Source: Minisyncoccota bacterium
GTDB lineage: Bacteria; Patescibacteriota; Minisyncoccia; Minisyncoccales; JAQTVQ01
Direction of reading: 5' to 3'
Assembly (NCBI GenBank): GCA_041657385.1
Contig: JBBABZ010000001.1
Coordinates: 15,313-79,312, forward strand
DNA: 64,000 nt
Shown here one piece after another: positions 31,226 to 39,669 of this stretch. The notes under the pieces were generated by a model that had not been told where the DNA came from, searched no databases, and saw only the letters and a list, made by a program, of their open reading frames with translations. Both the position numbers and the translations under genes were made by a program. How positions within the stretch are numbered: the first letter of the stretch is position 1; each line of letters starts with the position of its first letter.

Positions 31226-31732
31226 ATGCCAAAACTTGGACAAAAAGAGCAGAGAGTGGCCGTATTGATCGATGTTCAGAACATGTATTATTCAGCCCGG
31301 AACTTATACCAGGCGAAGGTTAATTTTACCGAATTGCTCAAAAATGCAGTCAATGGCCGGAAACTTATCCGCGCCATTGCTTATGTCGTCAAAAGCGAAG
31401 CCCAGGATTCTGATCCGTTTTTCAAAGCTCTCGAACATATCGGCATTGAACTGAAGATGAAAGATTTGCAAATTTTCCCGGGCGGCCTGAAAAAAGGCGA
31501 CTGGGATGTTGGTATTGCCATGGATGCAGTCAGGCTAAGCTCTTCAGTAGACTCGATCGTTCTGGTTTCCGGAGACGGAGACTTTTTGCCCTTGGTAGAT
31601 TACATCAAAAATGCCACTCCCACCCGCTTAGAAGTAATGGGCTTTGGCCGGACCACTTCCGGAAAGCTGAAAGAAGCGGCTGACAATTATTTTGACTTGG
31701 AAGAAAACAAACAAAAATATTTAATACCTTAA
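31226..31732 (+). CDS. NYN-domain (LabA/DUF88-like) putative RNase
   Basis: It reads RVAVLIDVQNMYYSARNLY...AIAYV...VLVSGDGDFLPLVDYIKN. The ATG is at 31226; the track start at 31223 is a TTG. Confidence 0.75.
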   Translation: MPKLGQKEQRVAVLIDVQNMYYSARNLYQAKVNFTELLKNAVNGRKLIRAIAYVVKSEAQDSDPFFKALEHIGIELKMKDLQIFPGGLKKGDWDVGIAMDAVRLSSSVDSIVLVSGDGDFLPLVDYIKNATPTRLEVMGFGRTTSGKLKEAADNYFDLEENKQKYLIP

Positions 31733-31736
31733 TTTT

Positions 31737-33845
31737 ATGGAAGACAAAATTTTTAAATTAGAGATCGGACCGAAAACGCTAGAGATCAATACGCGCAATT
31801 TCGCCAGAAACGCCAACGGTTCCGTTTTAGTCAAATATGGAGACACAACCGTTTTGGCTACCTGTGTAATGTCAAAAAAACCTTTGGAAAAAATGGATTT
31901 TTTCCCTTTGATGGTTGAATATTCCGAACGGTATTACGCCGCTGGAAAAATTTTAGGATCCAGGTTCATCCGCCGGGAGGGAAGGCCTACCGATGAAGCC
32001 ATTTTAATTTCCAGGATCATTGATCGCACCTTGCGGCCGCTTTTCCCAACAAGCCTCAACCGCGAAGTTCAAATAGTCATCACTTGCTTATCTTGGGACG
32101 GAGAAAACGATCCTGCAACCTTGGGTCTTTTTGCCGCTTCGCTTGGCCTCTTGATCTCAGATATTCCTTGGAATGGGCCAACCGCCGCTGTCCGGCTTTC
32201 CAAAAACGAACAGATCAAGCTTTTCCCGAATTATCAAGAAAGGGAAGAAGGCATATATGACCTGATCGTAGCGGGAGTCGATTCCGAAAAAGGAATCCTT
32301 GTTAATATGATCGAAGGGCAAGCAAAAGAAGCATCCGAGCAGGCTATTTTCGAAGCTTTCGATTTTGCCAAGCCGGAAATAAAAAAACTGCTGGATCTCC
32401 AAAAAACGATCCAAAAAGAAATTGGCAAAGAAAAAATAAAAATAGCCGAAAGAACAATAGACAAAAATTTTAAAGACAGCGTCAAAGAATTTTTGGGCGG
32501 AAAGATAGAACAAGTTATGATGGCCTCGGCAAACAAAGACGGCGCCGCCGATTCCAACGAAATGTCTTTGTCCGATCTTAAAAACAATTTGAAAGAATTT
32601 TTGAAAGATCAGGATCAAGACAAATTAAATTACGCTTCCGAAATATTTGAAAAAGAAGTGGAGAAAACCTTTGAAGGTAATATTTTAAAAAATGAAAGAA
32701 GGCCGGACGGCAGAGGACTGGATCAAGTAAGAGAGCTTTCTTGCGAAGTCGCTTTGTTGCCTCGCATGCATGGTTGCGGACTGTTTTCCCGCGGAGAAAC
32801 CAGCGCCTTGTCTGTTTTGACCTTAGGCGCCCCGGGCGACCAAAAATTAATGGACGGAATGGAAGTCAGAGGGAAAAAAAGATTTATGCACCATTATAAT
32901 TTCCTGCCTTATTGCACCGGAGAAGTAAAACCGATGCGCGGAACCGGCCGCCGCGAGGTAGGGCATGGTATGCTTGGTGAAAAAGCTATTTTGCCAATGC
33001 TCCCGACCGTTGAAGAGTTTCCTTACACTATCCGAATCGTTTCCGAAGTCCTTTCCTCGAACGGATCATCTTCTATGGCTTCAACTTGCGCTGCAAGCTT
33101 AGCCTTAATGGATGCCGGCGTGCCGATCAAGAGACCGGTAGCCGGAATCGCTATGGGATTGGTCACTGACGGAGAAAACTATAAAATCTTAACCGATATC
33201 CAAGGACCGGAAGACCACCACGGACATATGGACTTTAAAGTGGCTGGAACAAAAGATGGCGTAAATGCCATCCAGCTTGATGTAAAAACATTAGGACTGA
33301 CCAAACAGATATTGGAAGAAACCATGATCAAGGCGAAAAAAGCCCGCGAAACGATCCTGGCCAAAATGCAATCTATCATTGCAGAGCCCCGCAAAGAGCT
33401 TTCCAAATACGCCCCCAGGATCTTTATCTTTGTTATAAAGCCGGATAAGATTCGCGAAGTGATCGGTCCCGGAGGCAAAATAATCAATGAGATCATCGAC
33501 CAATGCAATGTTTCCATCGACATTGAAGACGACGGAAAGGTTTTCATTACCGGCGAAAATGAAGAATCGGCTAAAAAAGCTTTAGAATGGGTCAAAAACA
33601 TCGTCCGCGAAGTGGAAGTGGGAGAAATTTTCCCAGAGGGGAAAGTAGTAAGAATTTTGGATTTCGGCGCTTTCGTCGAAATCTTGCCGGGACAAGATGG
33701 AATGGTGCACATCTCCCAGCTGGCTGACCGCCGGGTGGAGAAGGTTACAGATGTGGTAAATATCGGCGATGTCATCCCTGTGAAAGTTATTTCTATTGAC
33801 CAACAGGGCCGAATTAATTTATCATTAAAAGAAGCCAAGAGATAG
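31737..33845 (+). CDS. pnp: Polyribonucleotide nucleotidyltransferase (PNPase)
   Basis: 702 aa with two RNase PH domains, a KH domain (VIGPGGKIINEI) and an S1 domain (GEIFPEGKVVRILDFGAFVEILPGQDGMVHISQL). Confidence 0.95.
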   Translation: MEDKIFKLEIGPKTLEINTRNFARNANGSVLVKYGDTTVLATCVMSKKPLEKMDFFPLMVEYSERYYAAGKILGSRFIRREGRPTDEAILISRIIDRTLRPLFPTSLNREVQIVITCLSWDGENDPATLGLFAASLGLLISDIPWNGPTAAVRLSKNEQIKLFPNYQEREEGIYDLIVAGVDSEKGILVNMIEGQAKEASEQAIFEAFDFAKPEIKKLLDLQKTIQKEIGKEKIKIAERTIDKNFKDSVKEFLGGKIEQVMMASANKDGAADSNEMSLSDLKNNLKEFLKDQDQDKLNYASEIFEKEVEKTFEGNILKNERRPDGRGLDQVRELSCEVALLPRMHGCGLFSRGETSALSVLTLGAPGDQKLMDGMEVRGKKRFMHHYNFLPYCTGEVKPMRGTGRREVGHGMLGEKAILPMLPTVEEFPYTIRIVSEVLSSNGSSSMASTCAASLALMDAGVPIKRPVAGIAMGLVTDGENYKILTDIQGPEDHHGHMDFKVAGTKDGVNAIQLDVKTLGLTKQILEETMIKAKKARETILAKMQSIIAEPRKELSKYAPRIFIFVIKPDKIREVIGPGGKIINEIIDQCNVSIDIEDDGKVFITGENEESAKKALEWVKNIVREVEVGEIFPEGKVVRILDFGAFVEILPGQDGMVHISQLADRRVEKVTDVVNIGDVIPVKVISIDQQGRINLSLKEAKR

Positions 33846-33899
33846 TTCTTGGAAAAAATTCTGCGGCTTAAAAAATAATTAAAAAATCGGCAAACCTCT

Positions 33900-35591
33900 A
33901 TGTCAGAAGAAATCAAAGATCTATTTCAAAGAGAAAATATTAGAACGATGAAAAAAGACTTGAGAGGTCTTGCCGAATTGGAAACTCAAGGCAAAAAAGA
34001 GCAGCTCTTGAATGCTCCGAAAAAAGAAAAAAACGCTGTTCCGATCCCGCCGCTAAACATAAAGATGCCAGTCCCCGGACAGGCAGAAGAAAAGTCTTCA
34101 GTATCTGATGCCTCTCAACAGCTGGCAAACAGATTCTCTCAGATCAAAAAAGAGCAAGAAGAAAAAGCCAGAATTTTTGAAGAACGGCAGCAAAAAGAAT
34201 CGGAAGGGCAAAAAACAGCCGAACAAAAAAAGAAAGAAGAAGAGCAAAAAGAAAAAGAAAGGCTTGAAAAAGCTCTCTCCGCCGCCCAAGAAAATATTAT
34301 TAATACGGCAAAGGTCCCGCCCGCTTCTTCCAAAACAGCGCAAGCTCCAGCTGCCGCAACCTCCTCCTCGCCGATTTCCATTACCGTAAAAACTCCCGAT
34401 CCGGCATCCCTTAAAAACAACCCTGGCAAAGATCAATATAAAGAAGCGGTAGAAACAGCTGGAAAACCAGAAGATCCTAAAATGTTTGCCAAAAAAGGAA
34501 TGCCCTTTTTCAATATTTTCAGACCCCAACAAAAACCAAAAGACCAAGCCTCTCAATCTGCAGCCGTGAAGCAAGAAAACTCAAAAATTCCTTCCGAAGG
34601 ATCTCCAAAGAAAAATCAAGAAGTCCAGCTTAAACCGGCAGACCCAATGCCCCAAAAATCAAACGAAAAAAAAGAAAATATTCCCGAAGGAAAGCCGGCG
34701 GCCCAGCCGATCCAAGCCAAGGCAATTAATCCCATTGATGAAAAAGAGATGATCAGATCATTGGACGAGAGGGAAAAAAATATAGATAAAGACCTTTCAA
34801 AGATCTCTCAAGAAAAAATACCGGTAAAGATCAGATCCGAAGAAATTTCCAAAGAAATAGAAAAAATGAGACAAATGCAGCTGCAAGGGATCTTGGCCAA
34901 AGAAGCGGAGGTGGAGTCGGCTATAAAACAGCTCGATCTTAAAGAAAAATCGGCTGCTTCAGCCGATGAAAAAAGAAAAACAGAAGCTGAAAGGCAAGAG
35001 ATCGAACCGCGCCGAGAGAAAATAGAAGAGCAAAGATATCAAGTTGAAGACAGCATAAAAAGCCTGGAAGCCCAGCTTAATGAGTGCGAAAACAATTATT
35101 TGCGCATTTCAGAAAAAGAGAAAAAATTGCTTAAGGAAAAGGCTGATATAAAAAACCAAAAAGAAATAATCATCCTTTCCGGCAAAAAAAATGCCTTGGA
35201 GCGATCCTTGAAGGAGCTAAATGAAAAGACAGATTCTTTAAAAAACGGCCTGGCTGCCATTTTAAAAGAAAAAAACGAGCTGGAAGAAAAATTGGTTAGA
35301 ACATCTAAGGAAGAGCAAGAAACTGAAGCTAAAATTGAGATACTGGAAAATCAAGAAGCCAGCACCAAAGAACCCATCCATCTTAGAGAGATCGAAGCTC
35401 AAAGAAAAATATTGGCGGGGAAACGCAAAGAAACGGAAAAAACGAGGTGGGAGGCAGAAGACCAAAAAAAAGGGATAGGAACGAAAGAAAGCGAGATCAA
35501 AAAAGAGTACCAATCGGCAGTAAAAAAAATAGAGGAAAGCTCAAAGGAATTAAAAACGATCGAAGATAGATTGGACCAATGCAATGGCTAA
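33900..35591 (+). CDS. Lys/Glu-rich coiled-coil protein, unknown function
   Basis: 563 aa of low-complexity, charged sequence. No family was recognised. The antisense ORFs in the track are artefacts of this composition. Confidence 0.5.
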   Translation: MSEEIKDLFQRENIRTMKKDLRGLAELETQGKKEQLLNAPKKEKNAVPIPPLNIKMPVPGQAEEKSSVSDASQQLANRFSQIKKEQEEKARIFEERQQKESEGQKTAEQKKKEEEQKEKERLEKALSAAQENIINTAKVPPASSKTAQAPAAATSSSPISITVKTPDPASLKNNPGKDQYKEAVETAGKPEDPKMFAKKGMPFFNIFRPQQKPKDQASQSAAVKQENSKIPSEGSPKKNQEVQLKPADPMPQKSNEKKENIPEGKPAAQPIQAKAINPIDEKEMIRSLDEREKNIDKDLSKISQEKIPVKIRSEEISKEIEKMRQMQLQGILAKEAEVESAIKQLDLKEKSAASADEKRKTEAERQEIEPRREKIEEQRYQVEDSIKSLEAQLNECENNYLRISEKEKKLLKEKADIKNQKEIIILSGKKNALERSLKELNEKTDSLKNGLAAILKEKNELEEKLVRTSKEEQETEAKIEILENQEASTKEPIHLREIEAQRKILAGKRKETEKTRWEAEDQKKGIGTKESEIKKEYQSAVKKIEESSKELKTIEDRLDQCNG

Positions 35592-35685
35592 ACAATCATC
35601 TTTCGTAAAAATCTTAATCAGACTTTTAATTTTAATAATTTTAGGGGCAATAACAGCTGCGGCGGTATTTTTATTTAAAAAATAA
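35584..35685 (+). CDS. Possible 33-aa single-pass membrane peptide overlapping the upstream stop (ATGGCTAA)
   Basis: It reads MAKQSSFVKILIRLLILIILGAITAAAVFLFKK. Its start overlaps the stop codon of 33900..35591, and it is below the track cutoff. Confidence 0.3.
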   Translation: MAKQSSFVKILIRLLILIILGAITAAAVFLFKK

Positions 35686-35715
35686 TCCAAGCTGGCATTT
35701 TGTTCCAACTGTAAA

Positions 35716-36075
35716 ATGGCAAATAAGGAATTCTTAGAAAAAATAAAATCGGAACTTGAACAGAAAAAAGATGCTTTGAGAAAAGAACTAAGCGGTTTTG
35801 CCAATGAAAGCCCGGGGGACAAAAAAGATTGGAACGCCCGCTACCCGCAATTTGAGGGGAGCGGACTGGAAGACGAAGCCGACGAGGTGGAAGAATACGG
35901 AAGTCTTCTTTCGATCGAGAAGATCATGGAAAAAAAGCTCAAAGATATCGACGCCGCGCTGGAAAAGATCGAAAAAAATACTTACGGCATCTGCGAAAAA
36001 TGCGGCGTGGAAATTTCCCAAGCCAGGCTGGAAGTCTGCCCGGAAGCCCGATGGTGCTCTAGCTGTATTCAATAA
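35716..36075 (+). CDS. DksA/TraR-family C4 zinc-finger protein
   Basis: 119 aa with a coiled-coil N-terminus and a C-terminal YGICEKCGVEISQARLEVCPEARWCSSC. Confidence 0.75.
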   Translation: MANKEFLEKIKSELEQKKDALRKELSGFANESPGDKKDWNARYPQFEGSGLEDEADEVEEYGSLLSIEKIMEKKLKDIDAALEKIEKNTYGICEKCGVEISQARLEVCPEARWCSSCIQ

Positions 36076-36107
36076 ATTTTTATATCTAACCTTACCCGCA
36101 AAAAGGT

Positions 36108-36140
36108 TTGAAAATTAAAAATTGAAAATTAAAAATTTTT
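36108..36140. repeat. Half-copy of heptamer element family D, D3
   Basis: It reads TTGAAAATTAAAAATTGAAAATTAAAAATTTTT, with period-7 units. Confidence 0.55.
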
Positions 36141-36148
36141 AGCGGAGG

Positions 36149-37684
36149 ATGCCTATTAAAATTTTCTCGGCTGCCCTGAACGGCCTTGATGCGCAGATCA
36201 TAGAAGCGGAGATAGACGCTTCTTATGGTTTGCGCTGTTTTAATATTGTCGGACTGGCCGACAAAACCATCCAAGAATCAAAAGAAAGGATCAGCGCAGC
36301 TATTAAAAGCTCCCATTTAAAAAGCCCCTCATCTCAAGCGATCAAGCTTTTGGTCAGCCTCGCTCCGGCTGGCCTAAAAAAAGAAGGGTCCTTATACGAC
36401 CTGCCCATTGCTCTGGGCTATCTCTTAGCTTCAAAACAAGCTCTTTTTGCAACAACCGGCAAAATAATAATAGGGGAACTGTCCCTTGACGGCGCTCTGC
36501 GGCCGATCAGAGGCAGCCTCATCATCGCCGCCAAAGCCAAAGACGAAGGATTTAAAGAAATAATTTTGCCTCAAGCCAATTCCAAGGAAGCGGCTTTGAT
36601 AGAGGGCATAGAAGTGATCGGGGTTAAAACCCTTGCGGATGCTTTAGCTTATCTGGAAGGCCGGACAGAGATTATTCCGGCTGTTAGCGATCCGCAAAGC
36701 TGTGAAAGCTTATCTTTAGATAAAAATTCTTTTTTAGAAGATTTGGGCTGGATACAAGGCCAAGAACTAGCCAAAAGAGCCTTAGAGGTAGCCGCCGCCG
36801 GCGGGCATAATCTTTTGATGGAGGGACCTCCCGGCACCGGCAAAACATTATTAGCCAAGGCTATGGCTTCCATTTTACCGCCTCTGTCTTTTGAGGAATC
36901 CCTAGAGGTCACTAAAATTTACAGCGCCAGCGGCCTTCTTCTTGAAAATAATTTTATTCTCAAAAACCGGCCTTTCCGCGCCCCGCACCACACTGCTTCA
37001 GGAGCTTCTTTGATCGGCGGCGGCAATCCTTTGATGCCGGGAGAAATAACTTTAGCCCACCGGGGAATTTTATTTTTAGATGAATTCCCGGAATTCCACC
37101 GCGATGTTTTGGAAAGCCTGCGCCAGCCGATGGAAGAGGGGGCTATTTCCATTTTACGCTCCAATAGCCGCGCCAAACTGCCTGCCCGCTTCACCTTAGT
37201 AGCCGCAGCCAATCCTTGCCCTTGCGGCAATTTCGGCGACCCCGAAAAAGAATGCTCCTGTGCCCCAGGGCAGGTCTTGAAATACCGCCGCAAGCTTTCC
37301 GGCCCGATAATGGACCGGATCGACCTGTTTATCAAGGTTCCTCAAATAAAATTCGAAAAACTTACGGCCAAAGAAAACAAGAACCAAAGCGAAAAAATAA
37401 AAGAAAAGGTCAGTCAGGCCAGGATCATCCAAAAACAAAGGCTAGAAAAAATCCCCGGGATATTTACCAATAGCGAATTGGCCGTTCCTCAAATAGAAGA
37501 GTTTTGCCAAATAGACAGCGAGTCAAGGGAAATATTGAAAAAGGCGGTTGACTCCGGCAAGCTTTCAGCCCGCAGCTTTCATAAAGTTTTAAAAGTGGCC
37601 CGCACCATAGCCGATCTGGAAAATTCAACGGGAATAAAAAACTCCCATATAATGGAAGCTTTGATGTATCGGCAAAAAATTTAA
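36149..37684 (+). CDS. comM: YifB/ComM-family Mg-chelatase-like AAA+ ATPase
   Basis: 511 aa with a GGAGG SD. It has a Lon-protease-like N-domain, Walker A (GPPGTGKTLLAK), GILFLDEFPEF and a C-terminal ChlI-like domain. Confidence 0.9.
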   Translation: MPIKIFSAALNGLDAQIIEAEIDASYGLRCFNIVGLADKTIQESKERISAAIKSSHLKSPSSQAIKLLVSLAPAGLKKEGSLYDLPIALGYLLASKQALFATTGKIIIGELSLDGALRPIRGSLIIAAKAKDEGFKEIILPQANSKEAALIEGIEVIGVKTLADALAYLEGRTEIIPAVSDPQSCESLSLDKNSFLEDLGWIQGQELAKRALEVAAAGGHNLLMEGPPGTGKTLLAKAMASILPPLSFEESLEVTKIYSASGLLLENNFILKNRPFRAPHHTASGASLIGGGNPLMPGEITLAHRGILFLDEFPEFHRDVLESLRQPMEEGAISILRSNSRAKLPARFTLVAAANPCPCGNFGDPEKECSCAPGQVLKYRRKLSGPIMDRIDLFIKVPQIKFEKLTAKENKNQSEKIKEKVSQARIIQKQRLEKIPGIFTNSELAVPQIEEFCQIDSESREILKKAVDSGKLSARSFHKVLKVARTIADLENSTGIKNSHIMEALMYRQKI

Positions 37685-37688
37685 AAAC

Positions 37689-38672
37689 TTATTTCTTAAA
37701 AGACAGGTTAGAGCCGTATTTATATTTGGCGATGGGATTGGCAGTGCCGCGGACATCGAAATGCAAATGGCAGCCGGTTACGCCGACAACCTGGCCGGTA
37801 TTGCCTATATATCCGATCAATTGGCCCTGAGAAACATTTTCTCCTGCCAACACCAAAATTTTGGAAAGGTGGGCATAGATAGTGACAACGCTATTCGGAT
37901 GGATGATATTGACATAATTGCCGAACGGCCATTGGTTGGTGGCTATTTGGATTTTCCCGCCGGCGGCGGCAAAAACAGGGGTGCCGCATTGATTGGCAAT
38001 ATCAACAGCATTAAAGAAATGAAGCGTTTGCGTGATCTTTCCGGTTGTCGGGAGAATAAAGAATCCATCCGGTAAAACATTCCCAACGTTTCGGGCTAGA
38101 ACCGGAGCGATGGCGGCCGTAGGAGCCGAGATCTTTCCCTCAGGGACAACTATGATGTCTCCTACCGTTAATGCGGAGTTGGCATTAAGCTGATTAAAAG
38201 CGATGATTTGATCTTGGTCTGCTTTATAGAGCTTGGCTATTTGGGAAATCGTTTCTTTGTCGTTGATAATGTGCATTACGCCCGAAGTCGGCAAAACGAC
38301 CAACTTCTGTCCAGCCTTAACGGCCGATCCTTTTTTTAAGTCGTTAGCCCAAAGAATCGTCTCCAAGCTGATCTTAAACTTCTCGGCAAGGCTGGCTAGA
38401 GTGTCTCCTTCTTTTACGGTATACTGGATAATATCGCGCTCTCCTTGCTCTGCCTGGCTTATTTCTTCGCTCAAATCAGCCATGGTCGCCAATGTTTGAG
38501 GCTTTACAAAAATAGGAGAGGGCACGCTTTTTAAGCTGGTGCCCTCTAATATAACTAAATTTTGAGCTGAATCTACAGTGTTTTGAGCGCTCAAAAGCGC
38601 GCAAGTAAGGGATTTTCCAGTTGTTTTTTTAGGGTCAACGCAACTGCTGCCATCGTTAACGGTTTTTGCCAA
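37689..38672 (-). CDS. LysM-domain M23 family metallopeptidase
   Basis: It has two LysM-like segments (YTVKEGDTLASLAEKF, HIINDKETISQIAKLY) and M23 motifs (NIIHPNSVVTIYAHLS, GNTGQVVGVTGCHLHFDV). The frame stays open upstream to 38762 and encodes a TM helix, so the true start is probably upstream (see findings). Confidence 0.8.
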   Translation of the reverse strand: MAKTVNDGSSCVDPKKTTGKSLTCALLSAQNTVDSAQNLVILEGTSLKSVPSPIFVKPQTLATMADLSEEISQAEQGERDIIQYTVKEGDTLASLAEKFKISLETILWANDLKKGSAVKAGQKLVVLPTSGVMHIINDKETISQIAKLYKADQDQIIAFNQLNANSALTVGDIIVVPEGKISAPTAAIAPVLARNVGNVLPDGFFILPTTGKITQTLHFFNAVDIANQCGTPVFAAAGGKIQIATNQWPFGNYVNIIHPNSVVTIYAHLSKILVLAGENVSQGQLIGYIGNTGQVVGVTGCHLHFDVRGTANPIAKYKYGSNLSFKK

Positions 38673-38826
38673 GCTGAAAAAGGCAAAAACAACGAAGACT
38701 CCTAAAAAGCAAAAAAGAAGGCCCTTTTTGTTTAAGCCGCCTTTCGTTCCTCTTAGATTCAGACCCTTAATTAAAGATTGGAAATAATTAGAAATACGTT
38801 ATATAATTTAAAGGTTTTAAGCTTAA

Positions 38827-39666
38827 ATGTCAAGCCAATTGTCCACAATTAAACAGACTAAGGAGCTTTTGGAAAAATACGGCTTATCCCCTAGAAAAGG
38901 GCTGGGCCAGAACTTTTTGGTAAATAAAGGAGTGGTTGAAAAATTGATCAAGGCCGGGCAGATAGAAAAAACCGACCTTGTCTTGGAAGTCGGGCCGGGC
39001 ATCGGCGTTTTAACCAAAGAGCTGGCCAAAGCATCCCGAAAAGTGATCGCCGTTGAGAAAGATCCTCAAATGGTTGAAATTTTATCCAAAGAGCTAGCCG
39101 AGCTTCAAATTGATAATGTAGAGATCGTCCAAGATGATATTATGGAATTTTTAGAAAAAGGAGGATTGGCCGGCCAAGAGTATAAGGTTGCCGGAAACAT
39201 TCCTTTTTATTTGACCGCCCATTTGATCCGCCTTCTTTTGGAAATGCCCCAGCCGCCCAAAGATATGGTTTTTGTTTTGCAAAAAGAAGTCGGCCAGCGC
39301 ATCGCAAGCCTGCCGCCGAAAATGACCCTGCTCTCCGCATCGGTCCAATTTTACGCCCAGCCCAAGCTGTCCGGCTATATTAAAAGGCATTCCTTCTGGC
39401 CGGTCCCGGCCGTGGACGCGGCAATCATCAGAATCACGCCAAAAAATCCGACGCCGGAGGTTGGCCGCGATCTTTTTTTCAAAATTTTGAAAGCCGGCTT
39501 TTCCCAGCCGCGCAAACAGCTTATTAACAACTTATCAAACTCGTTAAAAACTGATAAAATAGAAATCAATAATTGGCTTTTAAAAAATAACATCCAGCCC
39601 GCCCAAAGAGCGGAAACTTTATCGATAGGGGACTGGATAAATTTAACCCAAAGCTATCATTCTTAA
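38827..39666 (+). CDS. rsmA: 16S rRNA (adenine1518/1519-N6)-dimethyltransferase
   Basis: 279 aa. It reads LGQNFLVNKGVVEKL and VLEVGPGIGVLTKEL. Confidence 0.9.
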   Translation: MSSQLSTIKQTKELLEKYGLSPRKGLGQNFLVNKGVVEKLIKAGQIEKTDLVLEVGPGIGVLTKELAKASRKVIAVEKDPQMVEILSKELAELQIDNVEIVQDDIMEFLEKGGLAGQEYKVAGNIPFYLTAHLIRLLLEMPQPPKDMVFVLQKEVGQRIASLPPKMTLLSASVQFYAQPKLSGYIKRHSFWPVPAVDAAIIRITPKNPTPEVGRDLFFKILKAGFSQPRKQLINNLSNSLKTDKIEINNWLLKNNIQPAQRAETLSIGDWINLTQSYHS

Positions 39667-39669
39667 AAA

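Noticed and set aside
33179-33916. 245-aa minus-strand ORF antisense to pnp, and similar long antisense ORFs (44762..45718, 8174..8785, 3744..4202, 19771..20229, 34098..34574)
   Set aside because: Each lies entirely within a confidently assigned gene on the other strand. They have Ser/Phe/Leu-rich low-complexity composition typical of antisense frames of Lys/Glu-rich AT-rich genes, and they lack recognisable domains.
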